This document shows positions 41,706 through 55,729 of a stretch of 64,000 nucleotides of DNA, piece by piece. A program made the translations under genes and the position numbers. Source of the DNA: Octopus sinensis (taxonomy: Eukaryota); NCBI RefSeq assembly GCF_006345805.1, contig NC_043005.1, positions 4,588,001 through 4,652,000 of the forward strand. The letters run 5' to 3'. The first letter of the stretch is position 1; every line of letters starts with the position of its first letter. The notes under the pieces are model-generated. The model saw only the letters and a program-made list of their open reading frames with translations. It was not told the DNA's origin and made no database searches.

Positions 41706-43070
41706 ATATATATATATATACATAAGTTTGTATATGATTGTGTGTCTGTGTTTGTCCCCTCAACATCGCTTGACAACTGATGCTGGTGTGTTTATGTCCC
41801 AGTAACTTAGCAGTTCAGCAAAAGAGACCGTTAGAATAAGTACTAGGCTTGCAAAGAATAAGTCCTGGTGTTGATTTGCTCAACTAAAGGCATGGCAGCA
41901 GTCAAATGACTGAAACAAATAAAAGAATAAAAGGATTATTTTTTTAAAAAGGCACCAATCTGGCAGAATTGCTGAGGTGTTGGACAAGTCACTTAGCAAT
42001 ATTTCTCCAGGCTCTTTACATTCTGAGGTCAAATTCCTCCCAGGACAACTTTGCCTTTCATCTTATCACAGTCAATAAAATAAGTATCAGTTGAGCACTG
42101 GGGTGCGTGTAATCAACTTAGCCCCTCCCCTTCAAATTGCTGGCTGGACTTGCACCAAAAAGTGAAACAACAATTTTTAGAATAGGTACTGATGATCTCT
42201 AAAAAGAATGAAATAGTGCCACACATGATTACCACAGACTGGAAATTTTAAGAAGTTCATTTTAAGTTAAAAAAAGAAAAAATTAAATACCTGTATCTTC
42301 TTGTATCTTCTTTCTTAAATTTCCTTAATTTCAAGTTCAATTTTCTAATCCGGTTCTGAAACATAATCTAATGATTATCTCCTGTGTAATAGCTGTTACT
42401 ACTAGAGGGACCATATGAATTATACCAGGCATGGGTAGCTTTTTTTTTCAAGAAGTGAGCAGCATGAGGCATGAATCACCATCAGGTGGGCCATACTACT
42501 AAGAAAATTCAAGGTAACTTTCATTGAAGGTGCACTTCAGAGAAACCTGTAGGTTGTAGATTGTCCTGACTGAGTTAGACAATCGGTTTTACAATACCTG
42601 CCAGGAGTGGAGATTCTTAACTTTGATTTTCTAAAAATCATTCCATAACTGCCAAGAATGCACAGATACAAACACCACCTGAAATATTAGTGATTCAATG
42701 TAGAAATATTAAAAAACCCAAAGTATATTTCAACTAAGGTGATACAGAGATGTATACAGGTGTACACACTCACACCCAAATTTAGTGTGCATGATTATAT
42801 GTATGTTTGTGCATATTCTTATATGCAGATATGTGTGTGTGTGTGTGTGAAAGAGAGGGGGAGAGAGGGAGAGGGTTGTATTTAAATGTGTGGGGGTTGG
42901 AGATTGTTTTGGATGCTGTGTGGCAGTTGAAAACTTGTTTTTCAAAGGTCATTATACCAATAATAAAACACACACACACACTTGTTCTATTTCATTTTTA
43001 TTATTATTAGTCAACTGATTAACCATTCAATCAATCATTTGATTAACTGTTTGGTCAATCAATCAATCAG

Positions 43071-43136
43071 CTAGGTCTTTTGTCACCATTTGCTGCCTCA
43101 TCAATGATGTGCTTTCTCTACTCCAGGTTGCTAATG
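43071..43136 (+). CDS. Candidate internal exon upstream of P4: 66 nt, phase 1 to 1 (xRSFVTICCLINDVLSLLQVAN), or a 10-nt version 43127-43136, phase 0 to 1 (VAN)
   Basis: Donor AATG|GTAACA is in the right phase for P4. Two possible acceptors: TCAATCAG at 43070 and CTTTCTCTACTCCAG at 43126. The long form resembles the exon-2 signal segment (F-x4-CL[IV]-x-[DE]). Confidence 0.5.
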
Positions 43137-43697
43137 GTAACAACAGGACTCGGATAGAACAAGCTGATTGATTGGTTGACCTAACAATTAATCAAAAAAA
43201 TCAATTAGTTAATTAGTTAAATGGTCAACTAGATGAATAATAACAATAAAATAAGTGAAATAGAGCCAGTGCATGTGTTTATTATTGGCATTAGGACCCT
43301 CCCAAGATACAACAAAATCTGTTTCAACAGATGATCTCACATCAAGAATTTTGGGAACCAAATAAAAAAATGAATCAAAATCTTTGTGAATAATAAACAT
43401 ACACTCCTTAAAGAGGTGCCATTCCACAAGAGATAGATAGAAAAATGGTTTGTATTTCATCATTGGATTTGGTGCTGCTTTTCTATCTCGAAATGGTGTA
43501 ACACATCATATTGAAAATCTCTTCAGATAATTATTTCAAAATTTAATCATTTTAAATCATGTGTGAATGAACGTATGGTGTTATGTAAGTTTTTACTTAA
43601 ATAAAGCCGTTTGTTTCCATTTTGACTTTTAAAATCCTGGTGTTGCAATGCTTATAGTTTTTCTCTAATTGCAAATATATATTTACATCTGTTTCAG

Positions 43698-43858
43698 TAA
43701 CTGATTTCAAGAAATGTAAGGCTACTGTGAAAGAAGCACAAACCGGTCTCAGTGCTACATGTGAGAAACATTATCAAAAGGAAGCAATTGAATGTGCGGC
43801 CAAAGAAGTTATTGATCTTCTGCAGGCATTAGTAAAGAAAGTTCAATCAAGTGCCTAA
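43698..43858 (+). CDS. Terminal exon P4 (phase 1): xTDFKKCKATVKEAQTGLSATCEKHYQKEAIECAAKEVIDLLQALVKKVQSSA*
   Basis: Acceptor TTTACATCTGTTTCAG (nearly identical to that of P3), open frame to TAA, AATAAA at 44251, same length as P3. Confidence 0.85.
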
Positions 43859-45184
43859 TACACACATATATATATATATACACACACTATATTTTTGAGT
43901 TAACAAGGCTACCAGTTGTTTCATGCACTGAGAAATCTCTTGAGTATTATCAAGTCTGCCATATGGGAACGTTGGTAATCATCTCTGAATGAGAATACAT
44001 GAAGATGTAACAGGCTTGATAAATGTTGAGAGATTTCTCTCTACATGAAACCATTGGTAGCCTCATTAACCCACAAATAAAGAATATTTGTCCAACAATG
44101 CAGAGTTGAACACTCATTCTTACTGGTTCAATATTAGCAACTATATATATATACACACACATACATACATATATATATATATATATACATATATATACAC
44201 ACACACTCAATTTATTTGACTAATGTTTTAATAAGGCAATGATTTCCTAGAATAAAACTGAGTTTATCTTGAATTTATCTTTTTCTTGTGTTCCATGACA
44301 TTACAAAAGCCTGTCACAAAATGAGGTTTATAGAGTTTAACGCCTTCGTTTGCAATATATCTGTTAACATTAATTCATTTTCAATTAATTTTGAAATTCC
44401 TGAAGAATTTGAGTAAAATAATTTTATCATTATTAAACTGGTGTTTGGAACTTAAATTAAAATGAAATTTTTGATAGAAGATTTTGCTTCAGATTACTTT
44501 TAAAACAGGGGATTTATTTCATAGGACCAGGGGGACTTTCAGTTCAGGAAGGTTGATATCAAAAGGTTTATAGTGTAAACTTATCCAACTCTGTTGTTGT
44601 CATATTCTTCTCAGAATTATTCAGACCAAAATTCAGTTTTGATGGTTATTGGCAGAGAATTCTAAAGATGATTCAGAAGGTTGCAAACAAGATTCTTATT
44701 TCTTTGCTGCCCACAAGGGGCTACACACAGAAAGGACAAACAAGGACAGACAAATGGACAAAGTCAATTATATCGACTCCAGTGCATAACTGGTACTTAT
44801 TTCATCGACCCCGAAAAGATGAAAGGCAAAGTCGACCTTGGTGGAATTTGAACTCAGAACGTAGCGGTAGACGAAATACCGCTAAGCATTTCACTTGGTG
44901 TGCTAACGTTTCTGCCAGCTCACCACCTTTCTGAGGGCAGAATCTTGCAAACAAGATTCTGTCCGAATCTTGCAAACAAGATTCTGTCCAGAAATCCCAC
45001 CGGATTCATATCCAAGATGATAGAATTTTCTCTGTCCACAGACTTGAAGAAATGCATGCACCGAATAAAGCTTTTCTTCAAGGGGTTGGCTGTGATATTG
45101 CGTGTGTGTGTGTGTGTGTGTGGATGTATGGACAGATACACAGTGTACCACATATCATGTATCAAACTGACCACATGAAATAAT

Positions 45185-45960
45185 GCTTTGATGGGAACAA
45201 AAGCAACCCCGGTTCTTGCAAGCCTATCAATGGGATATTTAGAATTAACCATATATGAAGTATCACAACAAAAACATGGATACCCATTCTACCATTATAT
45301 AAAAGAGAGCTGGAAAAGATGACTGCTTTATCCTTTAAAATGAGACCATTGATAAATTCTTTGAATCTAAATCACTACTAAATAGTATAAATCCAATTAT
45401 TCAATTCAAAATGGAATACAGCAAAGAACAATTCCTATTCCTTGATATTTTTGATGAAAAAAGTCAACAATCAAATTGAAACCAATGTCTATTATAAAGC
45501 AACAGACTCAAAGCAATATCTTCTGTTTAGCTCATGTTACCCAAAACACATCAAAAGAAATATTCCTTTTAACTTAGCAAAAAGGGTTTGCACAATAGTC
45601 TCTGATGCAAATACTCAGGACCTTTGACCTCAGACCTCAGAACCACACCAGCTAAGAGACACTATCCACCCTCACTTATTGATGATGAGATTAAACATAC
45701 CAAGAAAATAGATACCAAAACACTAAGGGAAGCAGAACAAAGTCCCACACCTCATCCACAAATATTATTCTACACCCAACCCTAGAAATGGGGCATACAA
45801 CACCATTCTTCAAAATCTACCAATGACTCAGGAGGGATCCAAAAATGAACCACATTCTACAAACACACAAATTCATCAAATGTTAAAAGCAACCCAAATC
45901 ACCAAAAAGAATATTGACAAATGCAAAATTATACCCAACAACAACAAAACCAAAAGCTAA
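45185..45960 (+). mobile_element. Penelope-like RT/thumb relic
   Basis: MGTKATP near 45197 and TNVYYKATDSKQYLLFSSCYPKHIKRNIPFNLAKRVCTIVSD in ORF 45442-45627. Confidence 0.8.
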
Positions 45961-47507
45961 AATTTTTTTATTAAACCGTTTTCCAATATATATATGTATA
46001 TATGCCTGCACACACACAAACATACACACATACACAAAAAAGAAAACATCACAACACACACACACACAAATACACACACATACACACAAAAGAGAACATT
46101 ACAAAAAAACATGCACACACAAAAACACATACATACATTCACACATACACATACACACAAAACAAAATATCCCAAAAACACATACACCTCTGCACATATG
46201 AACACACCTCTGCACACACACACACACACAAATACGCACAAAAGAAAACATCAAAAAAACACATACATACACACACACATCTGCACACACATACAAACAC
46301 ACACACATACACACACATACACACAAAGGAAAACGTTGCAAAAACACACACACACATACAAAAGAAAAACAACTCAAAAACACATATACACACAAAAGAA
46401 AACATCGCAAAAAACACATTCATATACACACACAAATACACCCACACATACACACGAACACATAAACACGCACACATGCATACACACAGCTAGTGACCAC
46501 ACACATACACACAGGTGGAGACACTCAAAAGAATACCTCCAAACCAAAGGAAAATCCTAATTCTTTCTTCAACAAGACATTTATCACACCCATCAACACA
46601 CAGCTGGTCGCATTCCAAACAAATTGAAAGGACATTCAACACAGTAAACACAAACACAGACACACTCATATACAGGTGGACATAAAATGGTTTTTAAGCC
46701 ACTCCCTTGGCAGGAACCCACAAAGTTTTCTTTTAGACAATAGACAACTGCACCCCCTCTCTTACTCTCTGACACTTTGAACTCCATACCAAATTATATT
46801 TAAAGAAGACTTCCAGGAAAAATCTCCAGACGGAAGATAAATTGTTTTTGCTTCAAATTTGTACAAACTGTTACTAATATTTGATAAGATGAGCTTCAAC
46901 ATTGCAGTTCAGCAAAAGAGATCAAAAGAATAAGTGAGTACCAGGCTTTCAAAAAACAAATACTGGAGCCAAATCATTCTTCAAAGCAGTGCCCCAGTAT
47001 GGCCACAGTCTAATGATTGAAACAAATAGAAAATAGAAGGAAAGATATACATTTTGACTGTTTGAGGAGGAAATATAGAAAGGAGTGGCTGGTGCCAATA
47101 TGGGTGAGAAAAGGGGATGATAAGTGGTATGGTGTGAAGAAGACCAAATGTGCAAAATGATGACAGCAGCGTGGGGCAAGTATATAAGAAGTATGAGTTC
47201 GCTAGACTAGCCCCTGGGGTTGCAGGTGACATACAGCAAGATAAAGTATATCTTACTTTGAAGTACATCTCTACAGATATTCTATAGAATTTAGAGGCAG
47301 CACAGCAGGTTAGAACATTTCATACACAAATATGTCTTTGTAAATACCTAGACATGTGCAGGTGTGGCTATAGGCACAGATGTGGTTATAAATGCAGGTT
47401 CCAGGTTCAGTCCCACCGTAAGGCACTGTGTGGTCTTCTACTATAGCCTTGGGCCAACCAAACCTTTGTGAATGGATTTGGTTGACAGAAACTGAAAGAA
47501 GCCCATC

Positions 47508-47546
<39 letters not shown>

Positions 47547-47576
47547 GTGTGTGTGTGTATTTGTGTGGTGTGTGTA

Positions 47577-47629
<53 letters not shown>

Positions 47630-48158
47630 TGTGTGTGTGCATGTGCATGTGTCTGTCTGTGTTTGTTCCCCTGCCATTGCTTGACAACTGATGTTGATGT
47701 GTTTATGTCCCCATAACTTAGCAGTTCAACAAAAGTACCTGATAGAATCAGTACTAGGCTTACAAAGAATAAGTCCTGGGGTTGATATGTTCAACTAAAA
47801 CCCTTTAAGGCAGTGCTCCAGCATGGCTGCAGTCAAATGACAGAAACTAGTAAAATAATAAAAGAAGGAAAGAATATTTGTATATGAAACTTCACAGCCA
47901 AAACATCCTGGCTTTCAGTGCTGGCAAAGAAGATAAAGAACTCATTGACTACAAAAAGTGAGAAACATCCTTGAACTTACGTAGAGATCCTTGTAGATGT
48001 GAAGGTGTAAATTGGCTGACTATCGTAATGGTTTGAAAAGAAAAAAACTATAGAAAATCTGTAGAGATACACTTAACAAATGAAACTAACTCACTGCAAA
48101 CACAAAGTAGAACACCGTATTGTCTTATAGTAGTATGTCATGGTTGCAAAATGAAATA

Positions 48159-48375
48159 CGAGGGGGTACTGAAAAATTATGGTTTTAAAGGTATTGTGAC
48201 AGGCTTGGTTCAAGGCCCAACCTTTCTGGGTTCTTTTTCAAGGCTTAGAAAAACTAAAGGACTGCTGCAATAAGTGTGTGAATCTGAGAAGGGAATATGT
48301 TGAATAAAACCATCATTAACTGATCCTCCTGTATTGTCTTTTACCAAAAGCCAGGAACTTTTCAGCAGCCCCTTG
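48159..48375. mobile_element. mariner-type MITE
   Basis: TA flanks; imperfect TIRs CGAGGGGGTACTGAAAA / TTTTCAGCAGCCCCTTG. Confidence 0.7.
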
Positions 48376-49440
48376 TAGAGAGTCCCTAACAACAACTGAT
48401 AAGAATATTTACTATTTACAACAGTTTGGTGTGGTGGTCAATGCAATGTATGCTGGAGGGAACAGGTCTTACTACGGACAAAGGGAGAAAAAATGCTAGA
48501 AGGATGAGAGGTAATTTAAGTATAAAGTTTAAAATACCATCTAATTACAATAGGGTTCTGGGGGCAGCGAGTGTACCCAGATGACTGTATTTGTTGATAA
48601 TTATCAAAATGAAGAAATTATTTATTGTAACCAAAAATAAAATGATATTTAAAACTGTAAGTTCAAAGAGGAGTATAATGGAAGGCAAGGTTTACGATAT
48701 TGGGAGAATATCGCCTTCTCCCGTTATATCTTGTTCTTTGAGTAGTTCAGGCTCCAGCAGGTGAAGAAAGAAGCCTTTAAGTACAAAGCAATTTACAACT
48801 GGTTTATTTACAAGTTTCACAGAACAGGTGAAGTGTGTGGCTCTCAGCAACCATCTCGAACTGTGTGCATGCTGTTGTATCTTCATTAGCACCGGCACAT
48901 TGCCACTGGACGGCCAACATGGAACGGGCCCAGCCAGTGAAGTGTGCTCAGTAAGTGCTGCTGTGAAGAAACGAAGAGAAAAGAATGAATCTGTTTCTGT
49001 TTTGCCATTATATACAGTTTGCCATCAAGAGCCAAATGGATGCAGGTGAGGTCTTGGAGATGGCAATGGCAGCCACGAGATCTCATCCAATGTGGCGCTG
49101 GCTGCTTGAGCAGCTACAGGAGTATGCAGAGGGTAAAGCTTGGGTATAGGGATAGAAAAGGAGTAAAAAGGGAAAGGTTTGAAGTGTGTAAATTAGCAGA
49201 GAATATCCAAGATGGATGCCAAAATGTTTGACGTGATTGCTTGAGAATAATATTTAGTCGAATCATTGTGAAGTCAGAAGGAAGAATGAAATTAAGAAAT
49301 AGGGAATATGGAATCATAACTGTGTTTATGTACACATATTTATATACATACAGATACGTACATATGTATACACACACGCACACATACACACACATATAGA
49401 TATGGGTGAGTGTATTATGAACTCTCCCTTCGTTAGGCAT

Positions 49441-49498
<58 letters not shown>

Positions 49499-50030
49499 GT
49501 GTTCTGCAATTTCTTGCTGAACAACTCCACAGGTGTTTTGGGATCAAATGTTTGCGTTGACATATGCTCCCTTCCTGCATCAAATCGACATTACCTGCAC
49601 AGGTATGGAATGTTCCACACGTCAGATGACGAAAAATGGCAGAGCAATGTGAAATGAAGTGCTTTGCTCAAGAACACAACGCAGCGCCCGGTCTGGGAAT
49701 CGAAACCACGATATTGCAATCATGAATGCAACACCCTAACCACTAAGCCGTGCATCTTCCCACACACACATATACACAGTGTGTGTGTGTGTGTGTGTGT
49801 GTGAGCATGTGTGTTGTGTTTGCACATATAAATCCATTCATGTGTGTGTGTGTGTGTGTGTGTGAATTTGTAATTCATACTGTTTGGATTATGTGGTGCA
49901 GAGCATACATACGCATGCGCGTATGTATGCATGTCAGTGTATTGTGTGTGTGTGTGTGTGTGCATGAGTGTGTATAAGTGAGTGATTCTGTATGTATTTG
50001 CTTGTTTCTATATGTGAGTGCATGAATGTA

Positions 50031-50070
<40 letters not shown>

Positions 50071-50421
50071 CATGCACGAGTGTGCATGTGCGAGTGTGTG
50101 TGTGTATTTGGTTAGATCATGAATTTTCCACTGTGTACAAATTTCCTGGGGTTTTATTTTCACCCCTGAAGGGTAACAAACCCTAATCCTACTGACACAT
50201 TCACATCCCCAATGCGACCCCCCTGTACACCCCCTCACCCACCCCTACCACCGAAGACAAAAACAAAAACAACAGCAATACAAACACCAATAACCTCCAC
50301 CTTAACAAACATCAACAACAGCAGATGCTACAACGTATACATACATAAACACACGCATATATACACACATATACATACACACATATATGTGTGTGTGTAC
50401 ACATATACATACACACATTAA

Positions 50422-50453
<32 letters not shown>

Positions 50454-50512
50454 ATGTATGTATGTGTATATATATATATATATATAAATATATAGTAAGT
50501 ATAATATATATG

Positions 50513-50549
<37 letters not shown>

Positions 50550-50572
50550 ATGTATGTATCTATGTATATATC

Positions 50573-50625
<53 letters not shown>

Positions 50626-50650
50626 TTGTATATATATATATGTATGTATG

Positions 50651-50683
<33 letters not shown>

Positions 50684-50915
50684 GATATATATATATATAT
50701 ATGAATATATGTATATGCATTCATACATATATCTACTGTATATATGTATGTGTGTGTGTGTGTGTATGTATGTGGGGGGAGTATTATGAATGTGTGTGTG
50801 TATTATATCACTATAGAGATTAAGGGATTTTGTTTTCAAAAGAACACTCAACACAATTGGCAATTGCCATGGGAATGGCAAGAATGTCAATGGTATGCAC
50901 AGCTATGTATACACG

Positions 50916-50949
<34 letters not shown>

Positions 50950-50996
50950 ACACACACACACACATACATACATACATATATACATATATCTATATA

Positions 50997-51037
<41 letters not shown>

Positions 51038-51087
51038 CATACATATATATATACACACACATATATATATATTATATATATATATAC

Positions 51088-51162
<75 letters not shown>

Positions 51163-51340
51163 ATATGTATGTATATATGTATGTATATATGTATGTATAT
51201 ATGTATGTATATATGTATGGCAGGTATGTCAGCTATTTTGTAATTTCTGCATCTCGCTCTCACTGCATATTATTTGTATACATGTATACACGCACACACA
51301 GGCATATATATGTTACATAGACATATATATGAATATATAT

Positions 51341-51383
<43 letters not shown>

Positions 51384-51879
51384 GGCATGTGGCCAAGTGG
51401 TTAGAGTGTTGAAATCCCAATCCCAAGATCATGGGTTCAATTTCTAGATTGGTCAACACATTGGATTCTTGAACAAAACAGTTAATTTTGTGCAGCCTCT
51501 GTCCACTCAGCTGTAAATGGATAGCCCAGTGACAGAAGACCCTTCTGATCTGGGGCAATGCTGGCCTGCTTGCCTGGTCAGCTGTGTGGCATCATTCAAA
51601 ACCTAACCTAATGTGAAGCGCATTGTGATCAATGATGTATAACAACATCCAATAGTCTGGTCAATGCCTTGATATGTATATATGCCACACACACAGGTCC
51701 TACCAAAGCTGTAGGCTCATAAGGCCACTTTCCTGGATCTGTCCTGCTGGGTGGATGGTGTTACGAAGGGCATCCAGTCGTAAAGACCCTGCGAAAACAG
51801 ACACAGCAATCTGGTGCTGGCTCTTGCCTGGCCAGCTCCTGGCAAACTGTCTAACCCATGCCAGTATGGTTAAACGATG

Positions 51880-52790
51880 GCAATGATGATGATGATGATG
51901 ACGACAACGATGGTGAAGATGATGATGATGATGACAATGACGATGAAGACGACGGTGATGATGGTGGTGGTGGTGGTGGTGATGATGATGATGATGGCGG
52001 CGGTGGTGGTGGTGGTTTTGGTGGTGACGATGATGGTTATGATGATGATGGGGGTGGTGGCGGTGGTGGTGGTGATGATGATGATGGCGGCGGTGGTGGT
52101 GGTGGTGGTGGTTTTGGTGGTGACGATGATGGTTATGATGATGATGGTGGTGGTGGTGGTGGTGGTGGTGGTGATGATGATGATGGCGGCGGTGGTGGTG
52201 GTGGTTTTGGTGGTGACGATGATGATGATGATGATGATGATGGCGGTGGCGGCAGTGGTGGTGGTGGTGTGGTGGTGGTGGTGGCGGTGTTGTTGGTGGT
52301 GGTGATGATGGTGGTGGTGGTGGTGATGATGATGATGGCGGTGGCGGCAGTGGTGGTGGTGGTGGTGGTGGTGGTGGTGGTGGCGGTGTTGTTGGTGGTG
52401 GTGATGATGGTGGTGGTGGTGATGATGATGATGGCGGCGGCGGCAGTGGTGGTGGTGGTGGTGGTGGTGGTGGTGGTGGCGGTGTTGTTGGTGGTGGTGA
52501 TGATGGTGGTGGTGGTGATGATGATGATGGCGGCGGTGGTGGTGGTGGTTTTAGTGGTGACGATGATGGTTATGATGATGATGGTGGTGGTGGTGGTGGT
52601 GGTGGTGATGATGATAATGGTGGTGGTGGTGGTGGTGGTTTTGGTGGTGACGATGATGGTTATGATGATGATGGTGGCGGTGGTGGTGGTGGTGGTGGCG
52701 GTGTTGTTGGTGGTGGTGATGATGGTGGTGGTGGTGGTGATGATGATGATGGCGGCGGCGGCAGTGGTGGTGGTGGTGGTGGTGGTGGTG
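51880..52790. repeat. Compound (GAT)n/(GGT)n/(GGC)n trinucleotide array with higher-order units
   Basis: Recurring block GGTTTTGGTGGTGACGATGATGGTTATGATGATGAT; begins at the tail of a family B element. Confidence 0.9.
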
Positions 52791-54784
52791 ATGTATATTC
52801 CCCAGCAGTTCATAGCAGGATCACTCTGTTTTTTTGTAGCTGACTGGGTGGGAGCAACATGAAGTGAAGTGTTTTGCTCAAGAACACAATGTATCGCCTG
52901 CTTCAGGAACCAAAACCACCAATCTCACAGTCACGGGTACAATATTCCAACCACTAAGCCACAAACCTCTACACACACACACTGAGAATGTAACACTGGT
53001 GTATGCATAAATGTGTGTATAATTTTGTAAGCATGCAAGAAAGGAAGCTATTAATGGTGTTTGTGAGTGTGTGTGTGTGTGTGTGTTTGTTTATGTAAAA
53101 TTGATGATTAAAGTTGTTTCCTTTAAATTTTGCCAGTGTGTATAAAAGAGAGGATGGGACAGGTAGGTGTCCTTACGTGAATAAATTAGTTTTAACTCTG
53201 CAGCTCCAATGGGAAATATGTCAGACACATAGACCAGCTTTTGTTTTCAGGCTCAATAAAAATACATCAGACATATTTTCTATGCCTGAAATCTAGAGAA
53301 TATGTCTGGCTTGAGTTTAGAACTAAAAATGTCAGGTCATCTTAATATCTAATTTATAGCGGTGGGCACTGCTGGACATTGCTTTATATTGAAACACGAA
53401 ACTGACCGCAAGCAGTGCAGGTAACTCTCTCATCAAAATATACTCACCTTTCCTTATTCTTCTTGGTTCCTTGCAGTCATTTGTTTCTATCACGTAAGTC
53501 TGATCAGGTAGATCGACCCAACTTAGAATTTAGAGATTTCAAAATCAATCAGAATATCAATTTTTATAGAATTCTGAAGAATCATGTTCAACATGTGTTA
53601 CAAAAAGAAATCTTATGTAGCACATTGGACTGAATCAATAATTGCTTAAACGGTTACAGCATTATGCAATATTTGTTATATTGAATTGTGATGAAACGAT
53701 TGTAAATGAAATATTGAAATGTTTTGCTAAGGCCATTCTTTGATTTTTGTCCTCACGTGTGTGTCTGTCTGTCTGTCTATCTGTCTATCTGTCTGTCTGT
53801 GCACTGACAAATGTGAGTAACTCTTCTGTATATACAATGTTTCTGAGAAGAGAAAAATATAGAACAACCAATTTTTGAATTGGGAATTCTCCAATGCAAG
53901 AATACAGCATTCAATTAATTCGGTTTATAATATGTGATAAATAGATTAGTGACAAAGAACTGCTTTCATGCCTTTCACAAGGAAACCATTTCAGAACTTT
54001 CAAAGCAAAAATACAGTACACAAAACATTTGGTTATTAGTTCCTTAGAATAATGATCAACTGTAAGATATAATAAATAAATTAGAGATAACAAACTTAAT
54101 CACTACCTCTCACAAGGAAATTATCTCAGAATTCTCCAAAACAAGATTACAATACACAATTCATTCGGTTATGATTCTTTAAATTAGTAACCAACTTCAA
54201 TGTACAATAAATAACTGAGGGATACAGAGACAAAGTTCATAGAGTTCCACATTCTGTCCTTCAACAAAAAATACATATATAGACCACAAAACCCAGGTTA
54301 TCTTCATCATCATCATTGTTTAATGTCCATCTTCCATGCATGGGTAGGATGGTTCATAGGAAAAATAATACCATTTTTAGAGCACCAAGAAAAGGGGATA
54401 TCACAGGATTCTTTCTTTCAGTACTGGATTTTCATGGTATAAATTGTGAAATTAATACAGAATCATACAAAAATGTTGAAAATTTGCATTTTCCTGTTGT
54501 CCTAAAAACAAGTAAATAATTTTTGGCCATATTACTTGAAAACACTCGAGCAATCACTGAAGTTAATTAATGTCAGGTTTATTTAGTAATTAGATGGGCA
54601 GCCACTTGGGAAACCTAGGTGGGTTTTATAGGCATGAACAGAGCTGTGCAGTTCAAAAATGCTCACTTTGCTATAGTGTGGTTTGGGTTTTGGAACTTTG
54701 AACAGGTGACTTCTCCTTTAGCCTCAAGCTGACCAATGCCTTGTGAGTGAATTTGGTCGAAGGAAAGTGTGTAGAAGCCAATTG

Positions 54785-54790
54785 TATATG

Positions 54791-54854
<64 letters not shown>

Positions 54855-54964
54855 TGTATGTATGTATGTGTATGTATGTGTGTATGTATGTGTGTATGTA
54901 TGTATGTGTCTGTGTGTGTGTATGTATGTATGTATGTATGTGTGTGTGTATGTATGTATGTGTC

Positions 54965-54995
<31 letters not shown>

Positions 54996-55216
54996 ATGTA
55001 TGTATGTATGTATGTATGTATGTGTGTGTATGTATGTATGTGTGTATGTGTGTATGTATGCACGTATATATGAATGTATGTATGTATGTATGCACATATA
55101 TATGTATATATGTATGTATGTATGTGTGTGTGTATGTATGTATGTGTGTATGTGTGTATGTATGCACGTATATATGTATGTATGTATGTATGTGTGTATG
55201 TGTGTATGTATGCACG

Positions 55217-55250
<34 letters not shown>

Positions 55251-55629
55251 TGTATGTATGTATGTATGTATGTATGTATGTGTATGTATGTATGCATGTG
55301 TGTGTGTGTATGTGTGTATGTATGTGTTGTGTGTATGTATGTGTGTATGTATGTGTGTATGTATGTATGTATGTAGTATGTATGTAGTATGTATGTATGT
55401 GTGTGTATGTATGTATGTGTGTATGTGTGTATGTATGCACGTATATATGAATGTATGTATGTATGTATGCACATATATATGTATATATGTATGTATGTGT
55501 GTGTGTATGTATGTATGTGTGTATGTGTGTATGTGTGTATGTATGCACGTATATATGTATGTATGTATGTGTGTATGTGTGTATGTATGCACGTATATGT
55601 GTATGTATGTATGTATATATATATGCACG

Positions 55630-55663
<34 letters not shown>

Positions 55664-55720
55664 TGTATGCATGTGTGTGTGTGTGTATGTGTGTATGTGT
55701 GTATGTATGTATGTATGTGT
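54785..55720. repeat. Compound (TATG)n/(TG)n microsatellite with a recurring GTATGCACGTATATATG unit
   Basis: Direct inspection; source of the long YIHT/VCMY pseudo-ORFs. Confidence 0.95.
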
Positions 55721-55729
55721 GTTGTGTCA

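Noticed and set aside
48420-49050. Chain of exon-like segments with plausible splice sites
   Set aside because: Includes IYNWFIYKFHRTGEVC, resembling a Tc1/mariner HTH relic; no coherent protein and no similarity to the P domain.
53141-53167. TATAAAAG followed by ATG GGA CAG|GTAGGT
   Set aside because: ATG and donor lie upstream of where a TATA-driven start would fall.
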